A stretch of DNA of 64,000 nucleotides from an uncultured Myxococcales bacterium. Its GTDB lineage: Bacteria > Myxococcota > B64-G9. Position numbers and translations under genes: made by a program. Position 1 is the first letter of the stretch. Each line of letters begins with the position of its first letter. Below are positions 48,161 to 58,934 of this stretch, piece by piece. The notes under the pieces are model-generated. The model did no database searches. It was not told where the DNA came from and saw only the letters and a list, made by a program, of their open reading frames with translations. The DNA lies in assembly GCA_964633205.1 (NCBI GenBank), contig CAZWFN010000001.1, positions 114,219 through 178,218 on the forward strand, given 5' to 3'.

Positions 48161-49366
48161 CCCGCCCAGGGCGGCCGCGTCGCAGGCCACGGCCAGCCCG
48201 ATGAAAAACCAGTTGTCCTGGATGGCGGGACCCAGCTTCAGCCCCACATCGACCGCGATCAGGGCCAGCCCCAACACCAGGGTGGCGCCGACCCAGCGCG
48301 CGCAGCGGCCCAGCCGGCCGAACAAAAGCAGCCGCACTCCGGGAACCACCAACCATAACAATACCGGCGGCGTGACCAACAGGTTCTCGTTGGCATGGGT
48401 GTCCACGTGCTCGGTCAGTGCCCACATCAACGCCAACAGCAGCCCGCCGGCACCGGCCGCCAGCCCCCAGACCAACAGGCCCAGCCCCAGCAACCGGCGG
48501 CCCGCCGCCCGCGGGCCGATCAACAGCGGCAGCCCCAGCCCCAGCAGCAACAGGCCACCGGCCAGCGCCAGCGGCAGCCATTCGGCCAGCGGCACCCGGC
48601 CGCCGACCGGCGGACCGCGCCGCGCGGCGACCACCACCCGCTCGGCCACCAGCGGTCGGGCGGCGGACGGCGCCCGCAGCAGCTCCAGATCGCGGCTCAG
48701 CGGAGCCGGTAAAAAGTACTCCTGCCAGCGGCGCAGCGGCCGATCGACCACGCCGGCCAGCAGGTAATCGATGGCACCGGCGGTCGACCACAGTCCGGCC
48801 AGAGCCCGGCGCGTCCACCAGCGGTAGCTGCGGCCCGTGGCCAGCGGTCGGGCGTGGCGCCGCAAGACGCCATCCAGCACACCATCTAGCAGGTCGCGCA
48901 CCCGGGTGCTGCAGTTGTCCAGGTAGTGGCGGTAGGCGTAGCGACGGTTCTGCGGCTTGGCGTTTTCCCGCAGCAGGGCGACCACCGCAGCGGCCTGCTC
49001 GCGATCCAGGGCCAGCCAGCGGACGACCACCCGCCGATCGCCGCGGCGGTATGCTCGCACCACCGCCGGCAGCGGAGCGACCGACAACCAGTAGATGAGA
49101 TTGCCCCGCAGGTACTGCCAGCGCAGGTCGGGATCATCGAAGTCGAAGGTGCCGTAGTTGAACAGCAGCGAACGTTGGCGTTGCCGCTCCGCGACCACCA
49201 GCCCGATGTGACCGAAGCGGGTGAACAGCGCCTCGCCCGGGCCCACGGTCAGCACCCCGATGCGCCAGCGTCCTTCCGTCTCGGCATCCGGACCGGGCGC
49301 GGGAACCGCAGCCGCGGCCGACCCGAGTGCCAGCAGGATCGAGCAGCCCATCCCCAATACCACCAT
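47963..49366 (-). CDS. DUF4105-like secreted/membrane protein
   Basis: Signal peptide, N-terminal periplasmic domain with FTRFGHIGLVV...LLFNYGTFDF, then C-terminal TM helices. The called 3' end overlaps znuB by about 200 bp. Confidence 0.5.
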   Translation of the reverse strand: MVVLGMGCSILLALGSAAAAVPAPGPDAETEGRWRIGVLTVGPGEALFTRFGHIGLVVAERQRQRSLLFNYGTFDFDDPDLRWQYLRGNLIYWLSVAPLPAVVRAYRRGDRRVVVRWLALDREQAAAVVALLRENAKPQNRRYAYRHYLDNCSTRVRDLLDGVLDGVLRRHARPLATGRSYRWWTRRALAGLWSTAGAIDYLLAGVVDRPLRRWQEYFLPAPLSRDLELLRAPSAARPLVAERVVVAARRGPPVGGRVPLAEWLPLALAGGLLLLGLGLPLLIGPRAAGRRLLGLGLLVWGLAAGAGGLLLALMWALTEHVDTHANENLLVTPPVLLWLVVPGVRLLLFGRLGRCARWVGATLVLGLALIAVDVGLKLGPAIQDNWFFIGLAVACDAAALGGLWRVGLLRPPPPANHGSGRRDQEVAGPGGDDDGGPGRPLGAVTQGEPAHREQGAQDRGHQHHAAQ

Positions 49367-49459
49367 CCAGCAGCTCCCCGGGAAACTCCGACTCGTCGGA
49401 TCCGGTCGGGCTCTCCGGTGCCGGCGGGGATGAAGGGAGCCTGCAGCCACGGGACGATC

Positions 49460-50362
49460 TCAGCCGGCCACGGCCTGCAACAGGCCGCGCAGGCTGTTGT
49501 GCGCGTAGAACCGCTCTCGCTCTTGCACGGCCGGCGCCAATGCCTGAAAGCGCCCGTGGCCGAAGTCGGGGTCCGCGTCCAGCAGCGCGGCGAGCAGTCG
49601 ATCCAGATCCGGCTCGTCCCGGCCAGCGGCACGCTCGGCCACCGCCAGCCAGCGATCGAGCTGCGCCTCGGCCCGCTCGCACCAGCAGCGCACCCCGGGC
49701 GCCCGCTCGTGGTGGGCGAAAGCGCAAATCGCCGGTTCGGGCTCGATGCGGCGCAGGCGAGCGAGCGATTCGGCGAAGACCCGCGGAAAGAATCGCGGCG
49801 GCGTCGCCGGGCGCAGATAGCTACGGCCGTCGGCCAACGGCAGCCGGGTGGCGATGGCTTCGCCGGCGAACAGGACTTCACCGGCGACGAAGCTCAGGTG
49901 ATGAGCGGCGTGGCCCGGGGTCTCGATGGCCTCGACGCCCAGGGCCGGCAGGTCCTCGACCGCGATCCGGCGCCGGGCGGGCAGCGGGCGGGGCTGACCA
50001 TAGGCCTCGGCGACCCGTCCGATGGTGGTCAACGAGCCCCGCCACAAACGGCTCGGCTCCAACAGATGATCCACTCCTTTGGGGTGAGCGCACCAGCGGG
50101 CCTGGGGAAAGGCTTCGAGCACCTCGGCCGTGCCACCGCCGTGGTCCAAATGAATGTGGGTCAGCAGCACCAGGTCGATTTCGCCCCAGCCCGCCCGCCG
50201 CAACCGCTGGCAGAGCGCGGCGGCGGTGGACCGCGGTCCGGGATCCACCAACAGCCGAACCCGCTGATCGCGGTAGGCCCAGCAGGCGATGAAGCCGCCG
50301 TAGCCGGGCAGATCCTGATCCAGGTCGAACAGCGCGAGCGAATTGGCGGTGGGATTCGGCAT
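49460..50362 (-). CDS. MBL-fold metallo-hydrolase
   Basis: THIHLDHGGG metallo-beta-lactamase motif; downstream His/Asp residues (TPGHAAHH). Confidence 0.75.
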   Translation of the reverse strand: MPNPTANSLALFDLDQDLPGYGGFIACWAYRDQRVRLLVDPGPRSTAAALCQRLRRAGWGEIDLVLLTHIHLDHGGGTAEVLEAFPQARWCAHPKGVDHLLEPSRLWRGSLTTIGRVAEAYGQPRPLPARRRIAVEDLPALGVEAIETPGHAAHHLSFVAGEVLFAGEAIATRLPLADGRSYLRPATPPRFFPRVFAESLARLRRIEPEPAICAFAHHERAPGVRCWCERAEAQLDRWLAVAERAAGRDEPDLDRLLAALLDADPDFGHGRFQALAPAVQERERFYAHNSLRGLLQAVAG

Positions 50363-50419
50363 CACGCCGGCGATTATGGCCGATCCACCCGCCGGGGACA
50401 ATGGCCCAGCGGCAGCGGC

Positions 50420-52255
50420 TCAGGTCGCCGCGGTCCGGCCGGTCATTCGGGTCGAGCCGTCGAGCCAGCGGCGGATGGTGCGCTCGAGCGCATTCGGCTC
50501 GAACGGTTTGAACAGGCAATCGTCCATGCCGCACTGCAGACAGCGGGCGCGGTTTTCGTCGGTGACATTGGCGGTCACAGCCAGTATGGGGATCCGCCGG
50601 TCACCGCGCAGGGCCTCGCGCCGGCGGATGGTGGCGGTGGCCTCAAAGCCATCCATCTGCGGCATGTGGCAATCCATGACGATCAGATCGTAGTCGGACA
50701 GGCCGGTGCGCTCGACGGCCTCACCGCCGTCGCCCACCAACTCCACCCGCGCCCCCAGCCGTTCCAGCATCAGCCTCAGCAACAGCCGGTTGTTGGGATC
50801 GTCCTCGGCCACCAGCAGCCGCGCCCCTTCCGCCGCGGCTTCGCTCGCGGCTTCTGCCCCAGCCACCTTCCGCTCCGACTGCCGCGGACCGGGTCCCTCC
50901 GAGACCGTCGCCCCGGCCCGCGGCAAGCGCAGGGTGAACCAGAACCGCGATCCCCGGCCGACCCGGCTGTCCAGCTCGAGCACCCCACCCATGGATTCCA
51001 CCAGCCGCCGGCTGATGGCCAGCCCCAGGCCGACCCCGCCGCGCGGCGACCGTTGCGGGCACTGGCCCTGCTGAAACTCCTCGAATACCCGGACTCGCTG
51101 CTCTGGAGGAATGCCGACCCCGGTATCGCTGACCTCCCAGCGCAACGCGCAGCAACCGTCCCGCCCGGCGGTCGCCGCGATCCGCAGCTCGACCCGACCG
51201 CTCTCGGTGAACTTGATGGCATTGCCCACCAGGTTGTCCAGCACCTGCCGGATGCGGCCCGAATCGCCCAGCACCGCTGGCGGGCAGCCGGGATCGGCCT
51301 CGAGCGCCAGCGTCAAATGCCGCTCCTGAGCTGCCGCGCCGAACAGCGCGCACACCTCGGCCGCCAGCGCCGCCGGCGCGAAAGGCCGGCAGTTGGGCGC
51401 GCTCCCTCCCGCCTGCAAGCGCGACAGCTCGAGCACATCGTCGATGATGGTCAGCAGGTGCTCGCCGGAGCGATGGATGGTGTCGACCAGCTCGCGCTGG
51501 TGCTTCTTGAGCGGGCCGTCCGCCAGAACGCTGTTCAGCCCCAACATTCCGGTCAGCGGGGTGCGCAGCTCGTGGCTCATGGCGGCCAGGAAACGACTCT
51601 CCACCGCCGCTGCCTGCTCCGCCTGGCGGCGGGCGGCGTGGGCCTCCTGCTCGGCCCGCCGCCGTTCCTCGGCCTCGCGCTCCAGGCGCCGCTGGGCCCG
51701 ATCGCGCAGCAGCTCGGAGACGACCGAGACCGCGGTCACGAACACCAGCGCCCCGAACCAGCGCTGGCTGAAGATGGCCGGGTAGTCCACCGGCAACCAA
51801 CCGCTGGGCAGCGCCAGCACCAACCCGGCGACCAGCACGAAGGCGCCGGTCCACAGGCCGCCCCAGCGGCGGCCGAGGCAAAACATGGCCATCGGCGGAT
51901 AGACGAACACCCAGACGGCGCCGGTGCCCCGCACCCCACCGGTGCCCAGCAGGTAGATCAGCAGCCCGGCCACCCCGCTCATGGCCACCATGGTCGATGG
52001 CCAGTAGCGCTTGCTCCAGCGCAGGTGGACGACACAGCCGATCGACATCAGGGCCACTCCGCCCAACACCGCCGACAGCACCGGCTCGCCGGCCAGCAGC
52101 GCAGCGACCAGAAACCAGCAGGTGACCAACAAGCCGACAAAGGCGAACCCCTGGGCCATCAAGACCCGCCGCCGGCACTCGGGATCCGCGGGTTGCGCAC
52201 AGGCGGCCAGCAAGAAGCGCTCGATGCGAGCGCGCATCCCGACTTCATCCCGCGG
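50420..52255 (-). CDS. hybrid sensor histidine kinase / response regulator (membrane-bound)
   Basis: N-terminal TM helices, H-box SHELRTPL, N/G boxes (NLVGNAIKFT, DTGVGI, GGVGLGL), and a C-terminal receiver (LLVAEDDPNNR...DLIVMDCHMPQMDG...K). Confidence 0.85.
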   Translation of the reverse strand, partial: PRDEVGMRARIERFLLAACAQPADPECRRRVLMAQGFAFVGLLVTCWFLVAALLAGEPVLSAVLGGVALMSIGCVVHLRWSKRYWPSTMVAMSGVAGLLIYLLGTGGVRGTGAVWVFVYPPMAMFCLGRRWGGLWTGAFVLVAGLVLALPSGWLPVDYPAIFSQRWFGALVFVTAVSVVSELLRDRAQRRLEREAEERRRAEQEAHAARRQAEQAAAVESRFLAAMSHELRTPLTGMLGLNSVLADGPLKKHQRELVDTIHRSGEHLLTIIDDVLELSRLQAGGSAPNCRPFAPAALAAEVCALFGAAAQERHLTLALEADPGCPPAVLGDSGRIRQVLDNLVGNAIKFTESGRVELRIAATAGRDGCCALRWEVSDTGVGIPPEQRVRVFEEFQQGQCPQRSPRGGVGLGLAISRRLVESMGGVLELDSRVGRGSRFWFTLRLPRAGATVSEGPGPRQSERKVAGAEAASEAAAEGARLLVAEDDPNNRLLLRLMLERLGARVELVGDGGEAVERTGLSDYDLIVMDCHMPQMDGFEATATIRRREALRGDRRIPILAVTANVTDENRARCLQCGMDDCLFKPFEPNALERTIRRWLDGSTRMTGRTAAT

Positions 52256-52430
52256 TCGTTCCATCGCCTGCTCCGGGGCTGGGCGGAGTCGATCCGTCCG
52301 CCAGTATCGACCCTGGCCGGCCCGCCTGCAAGCGCCCGGCACCGGGGGACCCCGGTTTGGCCCCCGCTCTCTTACCTCGACCGCTTTGCCCCCGGCGTCG
52401 ATCTGTGCGAAACAGGCTGCGGGAGACGGG

Positions 52431-54931
52431 ATGCACCGCGGAGCGATCATCGCCGCTGGAAATGCCCATTCGCCGCTGGCGGTGCGGCTGGGTGTGGTCG
52501 TCGGGCTCATCTTGCTGGCGCTGCCGGCCGCGGCTGCGGATCCGCCGCCGGCCCGCAGGCTGCGGGCGGTGCGGCTGGAGCAACGGCCGCAGATCGATGC
52601 CCGGCTGGGCGAGGCGGTCTGGTCGCGGGCGCCGGTGGCCAGCGGATTGATCCAACGCTTCCCCCACACCGGCCGGCCGGCCTCCATGGCCACACGCATC
52701 CAGGTGGCCTATGACGATAACGCGCTTTACGTGGCGGCCCGCTGTCTCGATCCAGAGCCGGAGCACATCGTCGCCCGCACCACCCGGCGCGATCGCTGGA
52801 TCGAATCCGACTGGTTCACCGTGACCATCGACAGCCGCCGCGATCGGCGCACCGCTTACTTCTTCGCGGTCAACGCCGCCGGAGTCCTGCGCGACGGCAC
52901 CCTGCGCGACGAGAACGTGACCGATGACGCCTGGGATGGTGTCTGGTCCGCGGCCGCCAGCGTCGACGCGCAGGGCTGGCTCGTCGAAATGCGGATCCCG
53001 CTGCGCTTGCTGCGCTACAGCTCCGGCAGCGACGTTCGTTTCGGCATCCAGTTCGAGCGCTGGATCAGCCGCCGCAACGAGTCGGACTACTGGCAGCACA
53101 TTCCCCCCGACAGCGGCCGCTGGGTGTCGCGTTTCGGCACCTTGACCGGGCTCGACCTGCCCCCGCCGCCGCTGGCGCTGACGCTGACGCCCTACGCGGC
53201 CGCCCGGCCGCGGATCCACGATGCGGCCCTGACCGGTGAGCGTCCGCTGGAGCTGGGCGCCGACGGCAAGCTCGGGCTGGGCAGCAACTTCATGTTCACC
53301 TGGACCGTCAATCCCGACTTCGGCCAGGTCGAGGTGGACGAGAAGGTGCTCAATCTTTCCACCTACGAGACCTTCTTCCCGGAGAAGCGGCCTTTCTTCC
53401 TCGAAGATCGCTCGCTGTTCCGGCTGAGCGACTCCGGAGGCTACGGCGACGCCCAGCTGTTCTACACCCGGCGCATCGGCCGCCAGCCGCGCTCGCCGCA
53501 GCTGGAAGCTGATCAGCGCTTGATCCGACCGGCGCCGGTACCACGCATCTACGGGGCCGCCAAGCTGGCCGGCGAGACCCGGGGCCAGCTCAAGGTGGGC
53601 TTGCTGCAGGCGATCACCTCGCAGGAGCGGGTCGTGTTGCAGACAGCCGACGGCCGCCGCGCCTCGAAGCCGGCAGAGCCGCTGACATCCCACAGCGTGG
53701 CACGCTTGCAGCAGGGGTTTTGGCGCCACTCCTCGGCGGGTCTGCTGGCCACCGCCATGGCCACCCCGAACGACGGCGCCGCGCTGACCGGCGGCGGTGA
53801 CGTACAGCTCGAGTTGTTCGACGATCAGGCCCAGCTTACGGCACAGGGGCTGGTCAGTTACCTGAGTCGAGCCCGCTTCGGCTGGCAGGACCAGTACCTG
53901 CAGGCGGCGCTCGGTCGCGACGGCCCCTTCGGCTACGGCGGCCGGCTGAAGCTGGCCAAGACCGGCGGCGAGCACCTGGTGGGCTCGGTCAGCACCTTCT
54001 ACTACAGCCCCAACCTGGCCCTGAACGACATGGGCTATCTGGACCGCGCCGACCGTTTCATGCTCAGCGCCAGCCTGCGCCACCACCGCACCAAGCCGCT
54101 GGGTCCGCTGGCGCGCTACGCCATCCAGCTCAACGGCTGGCTCGACCGCAGCGCCGACTTCACCTTCAACCTCGGCGACGGCTTCAGCGTCGACGCCTGG
54201 GTCGACTTCGTCAACGGCTGGTATGCCGGTGCCTGGACCTTCGTCGGCTGGCCCCTGTGCGACGATCGCGAGACGCGCACCGCCGGCCGCATCGCCTTCT
54301 GCGGCCATGATCTGCGCACCAAGGTGGGCTTCTACGGCCAGACCAGTGAAAAGCACCCGGTGGCGGTGGGGCTGGATGCCGGCTGGAAGAGCACCGAACG
54401 GGGGCAGGGTTTCTGGCTGAGCTTGCCGCTGACCTTCAACCCGCTGGCCCGGCTGCAGATCAGCTTGCTGCCCGGCTACGAGCGCACGACCGGTCAGCCG
54501 CGCTGGCTGGAGACCCGCGACGCCGGAGCCGAGCAACGCTTCTCGTTCGCCGATCAGCACGCCGAGATCTGGGACATCACCCTGCGCACCACCTTCAGCT
54601 TCACCCCCCGGTTGAGCCTGCAGGCCTTCGCCCAGCTGTTTCTGGCCGCGGTGGATCACGGCCAAAAGTACAGCGCCACCGTCGCCGGTCGCCGCCTCCG
54701 GCTCGGCGACTTGCAGCCCGATCCGGCGGTGGCGGACGAATACGACTTCACCTCCACCGCGCTGCAGGTCAATTTGATCCTGCGCTGGGAGTTCAAACCC
54801 GGCTCGTTGCTGTATCTGGTCTACAACGGGGCGCTGGGCGACAGCGCCGCGCGGCCGGAGTTCCGCTTCGGCCCTTTGCTCGGTGACCTGTTCGCCGGCC
54901 GGGCCAGCCACCTGCTGGTGCTCAAGCTGAC

Positions 54932-54947
<16 letters not shown>
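52431..54947 (+). CDS. DUF5916 / carbohydrate-binding-family-9-like outer-membrane-associated protein
   Basis: Signal peptide, a CBM9/DOMON-like start (IDARLGEAVWSRAP), a large beta-rich body ending ...LKLTYFFG. A GGGAGACGGG RBS precedes the ATG. Confidence 0.55.
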
Positions 54948-56499
<1,552 letters not shown>

Positions 56500-56526
56500 A
56501 GGTCCCTCCGGAGCCGGCGGCTGCAG

Positions 56527-56579
56527 CGCGATATTTCGAAGACGACGCGAAATAGCATAACCAATTCGCGAAATATCGC
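56527..56579. promoter_or_regulatory. operator-like inverted repeat (GCGATATTTCG ... CGCGAAATATCGC) in the divergent intergenic region
   Basis: Arms at 56527-56539 and 56567-56579, with a third half-site CGCGAAATAGC in between. The local sequence is AT-rich relative to the genome. Confidence 0.4.
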
Positions 56580-56685
56580 AATGGACAGCCCTGGTACACC
56601 ATAACACACAGATTGAAAAGGGATTATTTTGGGCATGCTCCTTGCGACGCAGTCCTCGGAGATTCTGCCACAGGAGGTTTGCGAG

Positions 56686-57444
56686 ATGGAGCGCCACCGG
56701 TCTTTCTTCGCGGCCAGCACCCTGGCGCTGGTGCTGCTCACCGGCCCAGCCGCCGCCGGCGCTGATGCGGGTGAGCGCATCCTGCGCCTGATGGATGCCC
56801 AGCTGACCTCGGCCGACAGCCAGTACTTCGAATACGAGATGATCACCCGCACCCCGGGCCGCGGCCAGCGCAGCACGGTCTTCGAGGTGACCATACAGGG
56901 CGATCAGCGCCGGCGGCTGGAGTTCCTCGCCCCGGGCGACGTCAAGGGCATGCGGGTGCTGATCCTGTCGCTCGACCGGATGTACGTCTACCTGCCGGCC
57001 TACCGCAAGGTGCGCCGGGTGGCCAGCCACGTGCGCGACCAGGGCTTCATGGGCTCGGCATTCAGCCACGACGACATGTCGGTGGTCACCTATGCCGACA
57101 AGCTCAGCGGCCGCCTGCTCGCCGAGGACGACGAGCACTGGACGGTCGAGGCGGTGCGGCGTGCCGACAGCGACTACCGCTACGCCAAGCTGCGCCTCGT
57201 CATCCGGCGCGACATCCGCCATCCGGCGCGCATCGAGTACTTCAACGCCGCTGGCCAAAAGGTCAAGACCGAGACCCGCAGCGCCTATGAGTGCCGCGGC
57301 CAGCACTGCAATCCCAAGCGCATGACCCTGGTGGATCACACCCGCGGCGGGGTGACCAGCGTGCTCGAGCGGCGGGCGTGGAAGATCGAACCCGAGGTGC
57401 CGGCCAACTTCTTCAGCGTCCGCTCGCTGCAGCGCCGTCGCTAA
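56686..57444 (+). CDS. LolA-like outer-membrane lipoprotein-sorting-family protein
   Basis: An AGGAGG RBS precedes the ATG. Signal peptide and LolA-like beta-sheet pattern. Confidence 0.55.
   Translation: MERHRSFFAASTLALVLLTGPAAAGADAGERILRLMDAQLTSADSQYFEYEMITRTPGRGQRSTVFEVTIQGDQRRRLEFLAPGDVKGMRVLILSLDRMYVYLPAYRKVRRVASHVRDQGFMGSAFSHDDMSVVTYADKLSGRLLAEDDEHWTVEAVRRADSDYRYAKLRLVIRRDIRHPARIEYFNAAGQKVKTETRSAYECRGQHCNPKRMTLVDHTRGGVTSVLERRAWKIEPEVPANFFSVRSLQRRR
57408..57437 (+). repeat. 30-bp direct repeat, copy A (3' end of the LolA-like gene)
   Basis: CTTCTTCAGCGTCCGCTCGCTGCAGCGCCG is identical to 57817-57846. Confidence 0.7.
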
Positions 57445-57453
57445 ACCCAAGGT

Positions 57454-57475
57454 CCCCCGCCCGAAGGGCGGGGGA
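57454..57475 (+). terminator. GC-rich stem-loop after the LolA-like gene stop
   Basis: CCCCCGCCC-GAAG-GGGCGGGGG, 10 nt after the TAA stop. No U-tract follows. Confidence 0.45.
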
Positions 57476-57575
57476 TGACAAAATAAATGACTTAGAGAGC
57501 CCATAGGCCCTTGGTGATGCCCGAACGACAACATGTTGGTCGAAACGGATGCAACCACATAAGAGCGGGTACGAT

Positions 57576-57618
57576 TAAGCCAACACCCGACGCAAGCGAA
57601 GTCTTGCGTCGGGTGTAG
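57576..57618. repeat. 43-bp REP-like palindromic element, copy 2 (inverted relative to copy 1)
   Basis: The reverse complement is identical to 25306-25348. Confidence 0.7.
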
Positions 57619-57816
57619 AGTCTTGATCCGTACGTTCTCCGCAGCTTGCGTAGAAGTTGTCGATGCTCGACAACGGTGCATCAACTCCAACGCGGCCCGA
57701 CCTTTTTGGTTGCGGCGGCGGTTTGTGCCGTGCCCTTGGGTGCGGAGCCGCGATGGGGCGGGGAGCTTCGCTCTAGCGCGGCCCGGGACGAGTGGGCCCA
57801 GCTCGCCCGCAGCCAG

Positions 57817-57846
57817 CTTCTTCAGCGTCCGCTCGCTGCAGCGCCG
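57817..57846 (+). repeat. 30-bp direct repeat, copy B
   Basis: Identical to 57408-57437; the 3 preceding bases also match at 2 of 3 positions. Confidence 0.7.
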
Positions 57847-57873
57847 CCGGCGGAAAGCTCCGGGCCTGATGCA

Positions 57874-58911
57874 TCAAGGGGCCGGCCACTCGACCACCTC
57901 GATGCGTTCCACCGCCTGGAGCCAGCGGTCGGCGTGCAGATCGCCCGCCAGCACCAGCTGAAAACGCCCGCCATCCGCGAGCGGCCGGCCGCCGCAGCGG
58001 TCGGCCAGCAGGATGCGATCGCCGCCGGGCGCGTATAGCTCGCCCGCCGACACCAGCACCTGGTAGCCATCGGGGGCCGACAGCACCACCGCCCGCTGCG
58101 GATGGAAGGCGAAGCCAGCCGCCTCCAGCAGCACGCGCAGCCGCACGCCGCTGTAATGCCGCAGGCCGTGGAAGCCGGTGCCCTCGCCGGTGCGCACCGC
58201 CGTCAACTCGCGCCGCGGCAGATCGGCCGGCAAGGCGTCGAAGGTGCGCGCCGCCACCCCTACCCCTTCCAGGCGGACTTCCGCTGCGTAGAGGCGCTGC
58301 CGGGCATCGCGCTTCGGCGCGGGCGACGCCGGGCGCGGCTCCACCACCGCGATCGCGACCACCGGCTCCACGGCCCGGTCGCCGTAGATCACCCCGGACG
58401 GCACCAGCTTGGGCAGGGCCACCCGGCGCTGCAGCTGCTCCAGCCGCGGCCGCGCTTCGGCCGGCTGGTGGCAGCGGCTGCAGGCCTTGTGGGGCCGCAC
58501 CGGGGTCCAGTCGGTGGCCAGAATGAAGCGGCCCGGATCGCTGTAGAACACCTCGCCCCAGGACAGCAGCACCGAGCGCCCCCGCCGATCGCGAACGGCG
58601 ATGGCCAGGTCGGTCGGCTTGCGGAAGGCGCCGGCGCTCTTGCCCAGCCGGGCCAGCTCCAGCACCTGCCGCAGCGACGCACCGCGATAGCGCATGGTGC
58701 CGTGGAAGCTGCCGTCGCGGTGCACCTCGCTGAGCTGAACTGCATGGTGTGGCAGGCGCTGCAAGTCGGCCAAGCGCAGCCGCAGCGGCTGGCCGACCGC
58801 GCCGCTGATGCGCAGTTCGGCCGGCCGGACCGCAGCCCCGGCTCCAGCCCCGGCTGCAGCCACCGCGGCCGCCAGCAGCAAGGCCCCGCTGCCTGTTGCG
58901 TACCGTGCCAT
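57874..58911 (-). CDS. secreted protein with two tandem sulfite-oxidase-fold (molybdopterin-oxidoreductase-like) domains and one CXXCH haem c motif
   Basis: Signal peptide. Two repeats carrying the W.GV.L..LL..AG ... P.RLV.PG....W...V..IEV pattern. CSRCH sits at nt 58468-58482 between the two domains. Confidence 0.55.
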   Translation of the reverse strand: MARYATGSGALLLAAAVAAAGAGAGAAVRPAELRISGAVGQPLRLRLADLQRLPHHAVQLSEVHRDGSFHGTMRYRGASLRQVLELARLGKSAGAFRKPTDLAIAVRDRRGRSVLLSWGEVFYSDPGRFILATDWTPVRPHKACSRCHQPAEARPRLEQLQRRVALPKLVPSGVIYGDRAVEPVVAIAVVEPRPASPAPKRDARQRLYAAEVRLEGVGVAARTFDALPADLPRRELTAVRTGEGTGFHGLRHYSGVRLRVLLEAAGFAFHPQRAVVLSAPDGYQVLVSAGELYAPGGDRILLADRCGGRPLADGGRFQLVLAGDLHADRWLQAVERIEVVEWPAP

Positions 58912-58934
58912 CCCGGACAGGCGCCTCCGTCGCA

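Noticed and set aside
48926-52714. 1,262-aa plus-strand ORF across the DUF4105, MBL and histidine-kinase genes
   Set aside because: Antisense or out-of-frame relative to three well-supported minus-strand genes. No motifs.
52245-54911. 888-aa minus-strand ORF opposite the DUF5916 gene
   Set aside because: Antisense; Gly/Ala/Arg-rich.
56500-56602. ATG at 56602 as start of the sigma-54 activator
   Set aside because: It would translate the AT-rich palindromic operator region into an atypical Tyr/Phe/Asn/Ser-rich peptide. A downstream start is more plausible.
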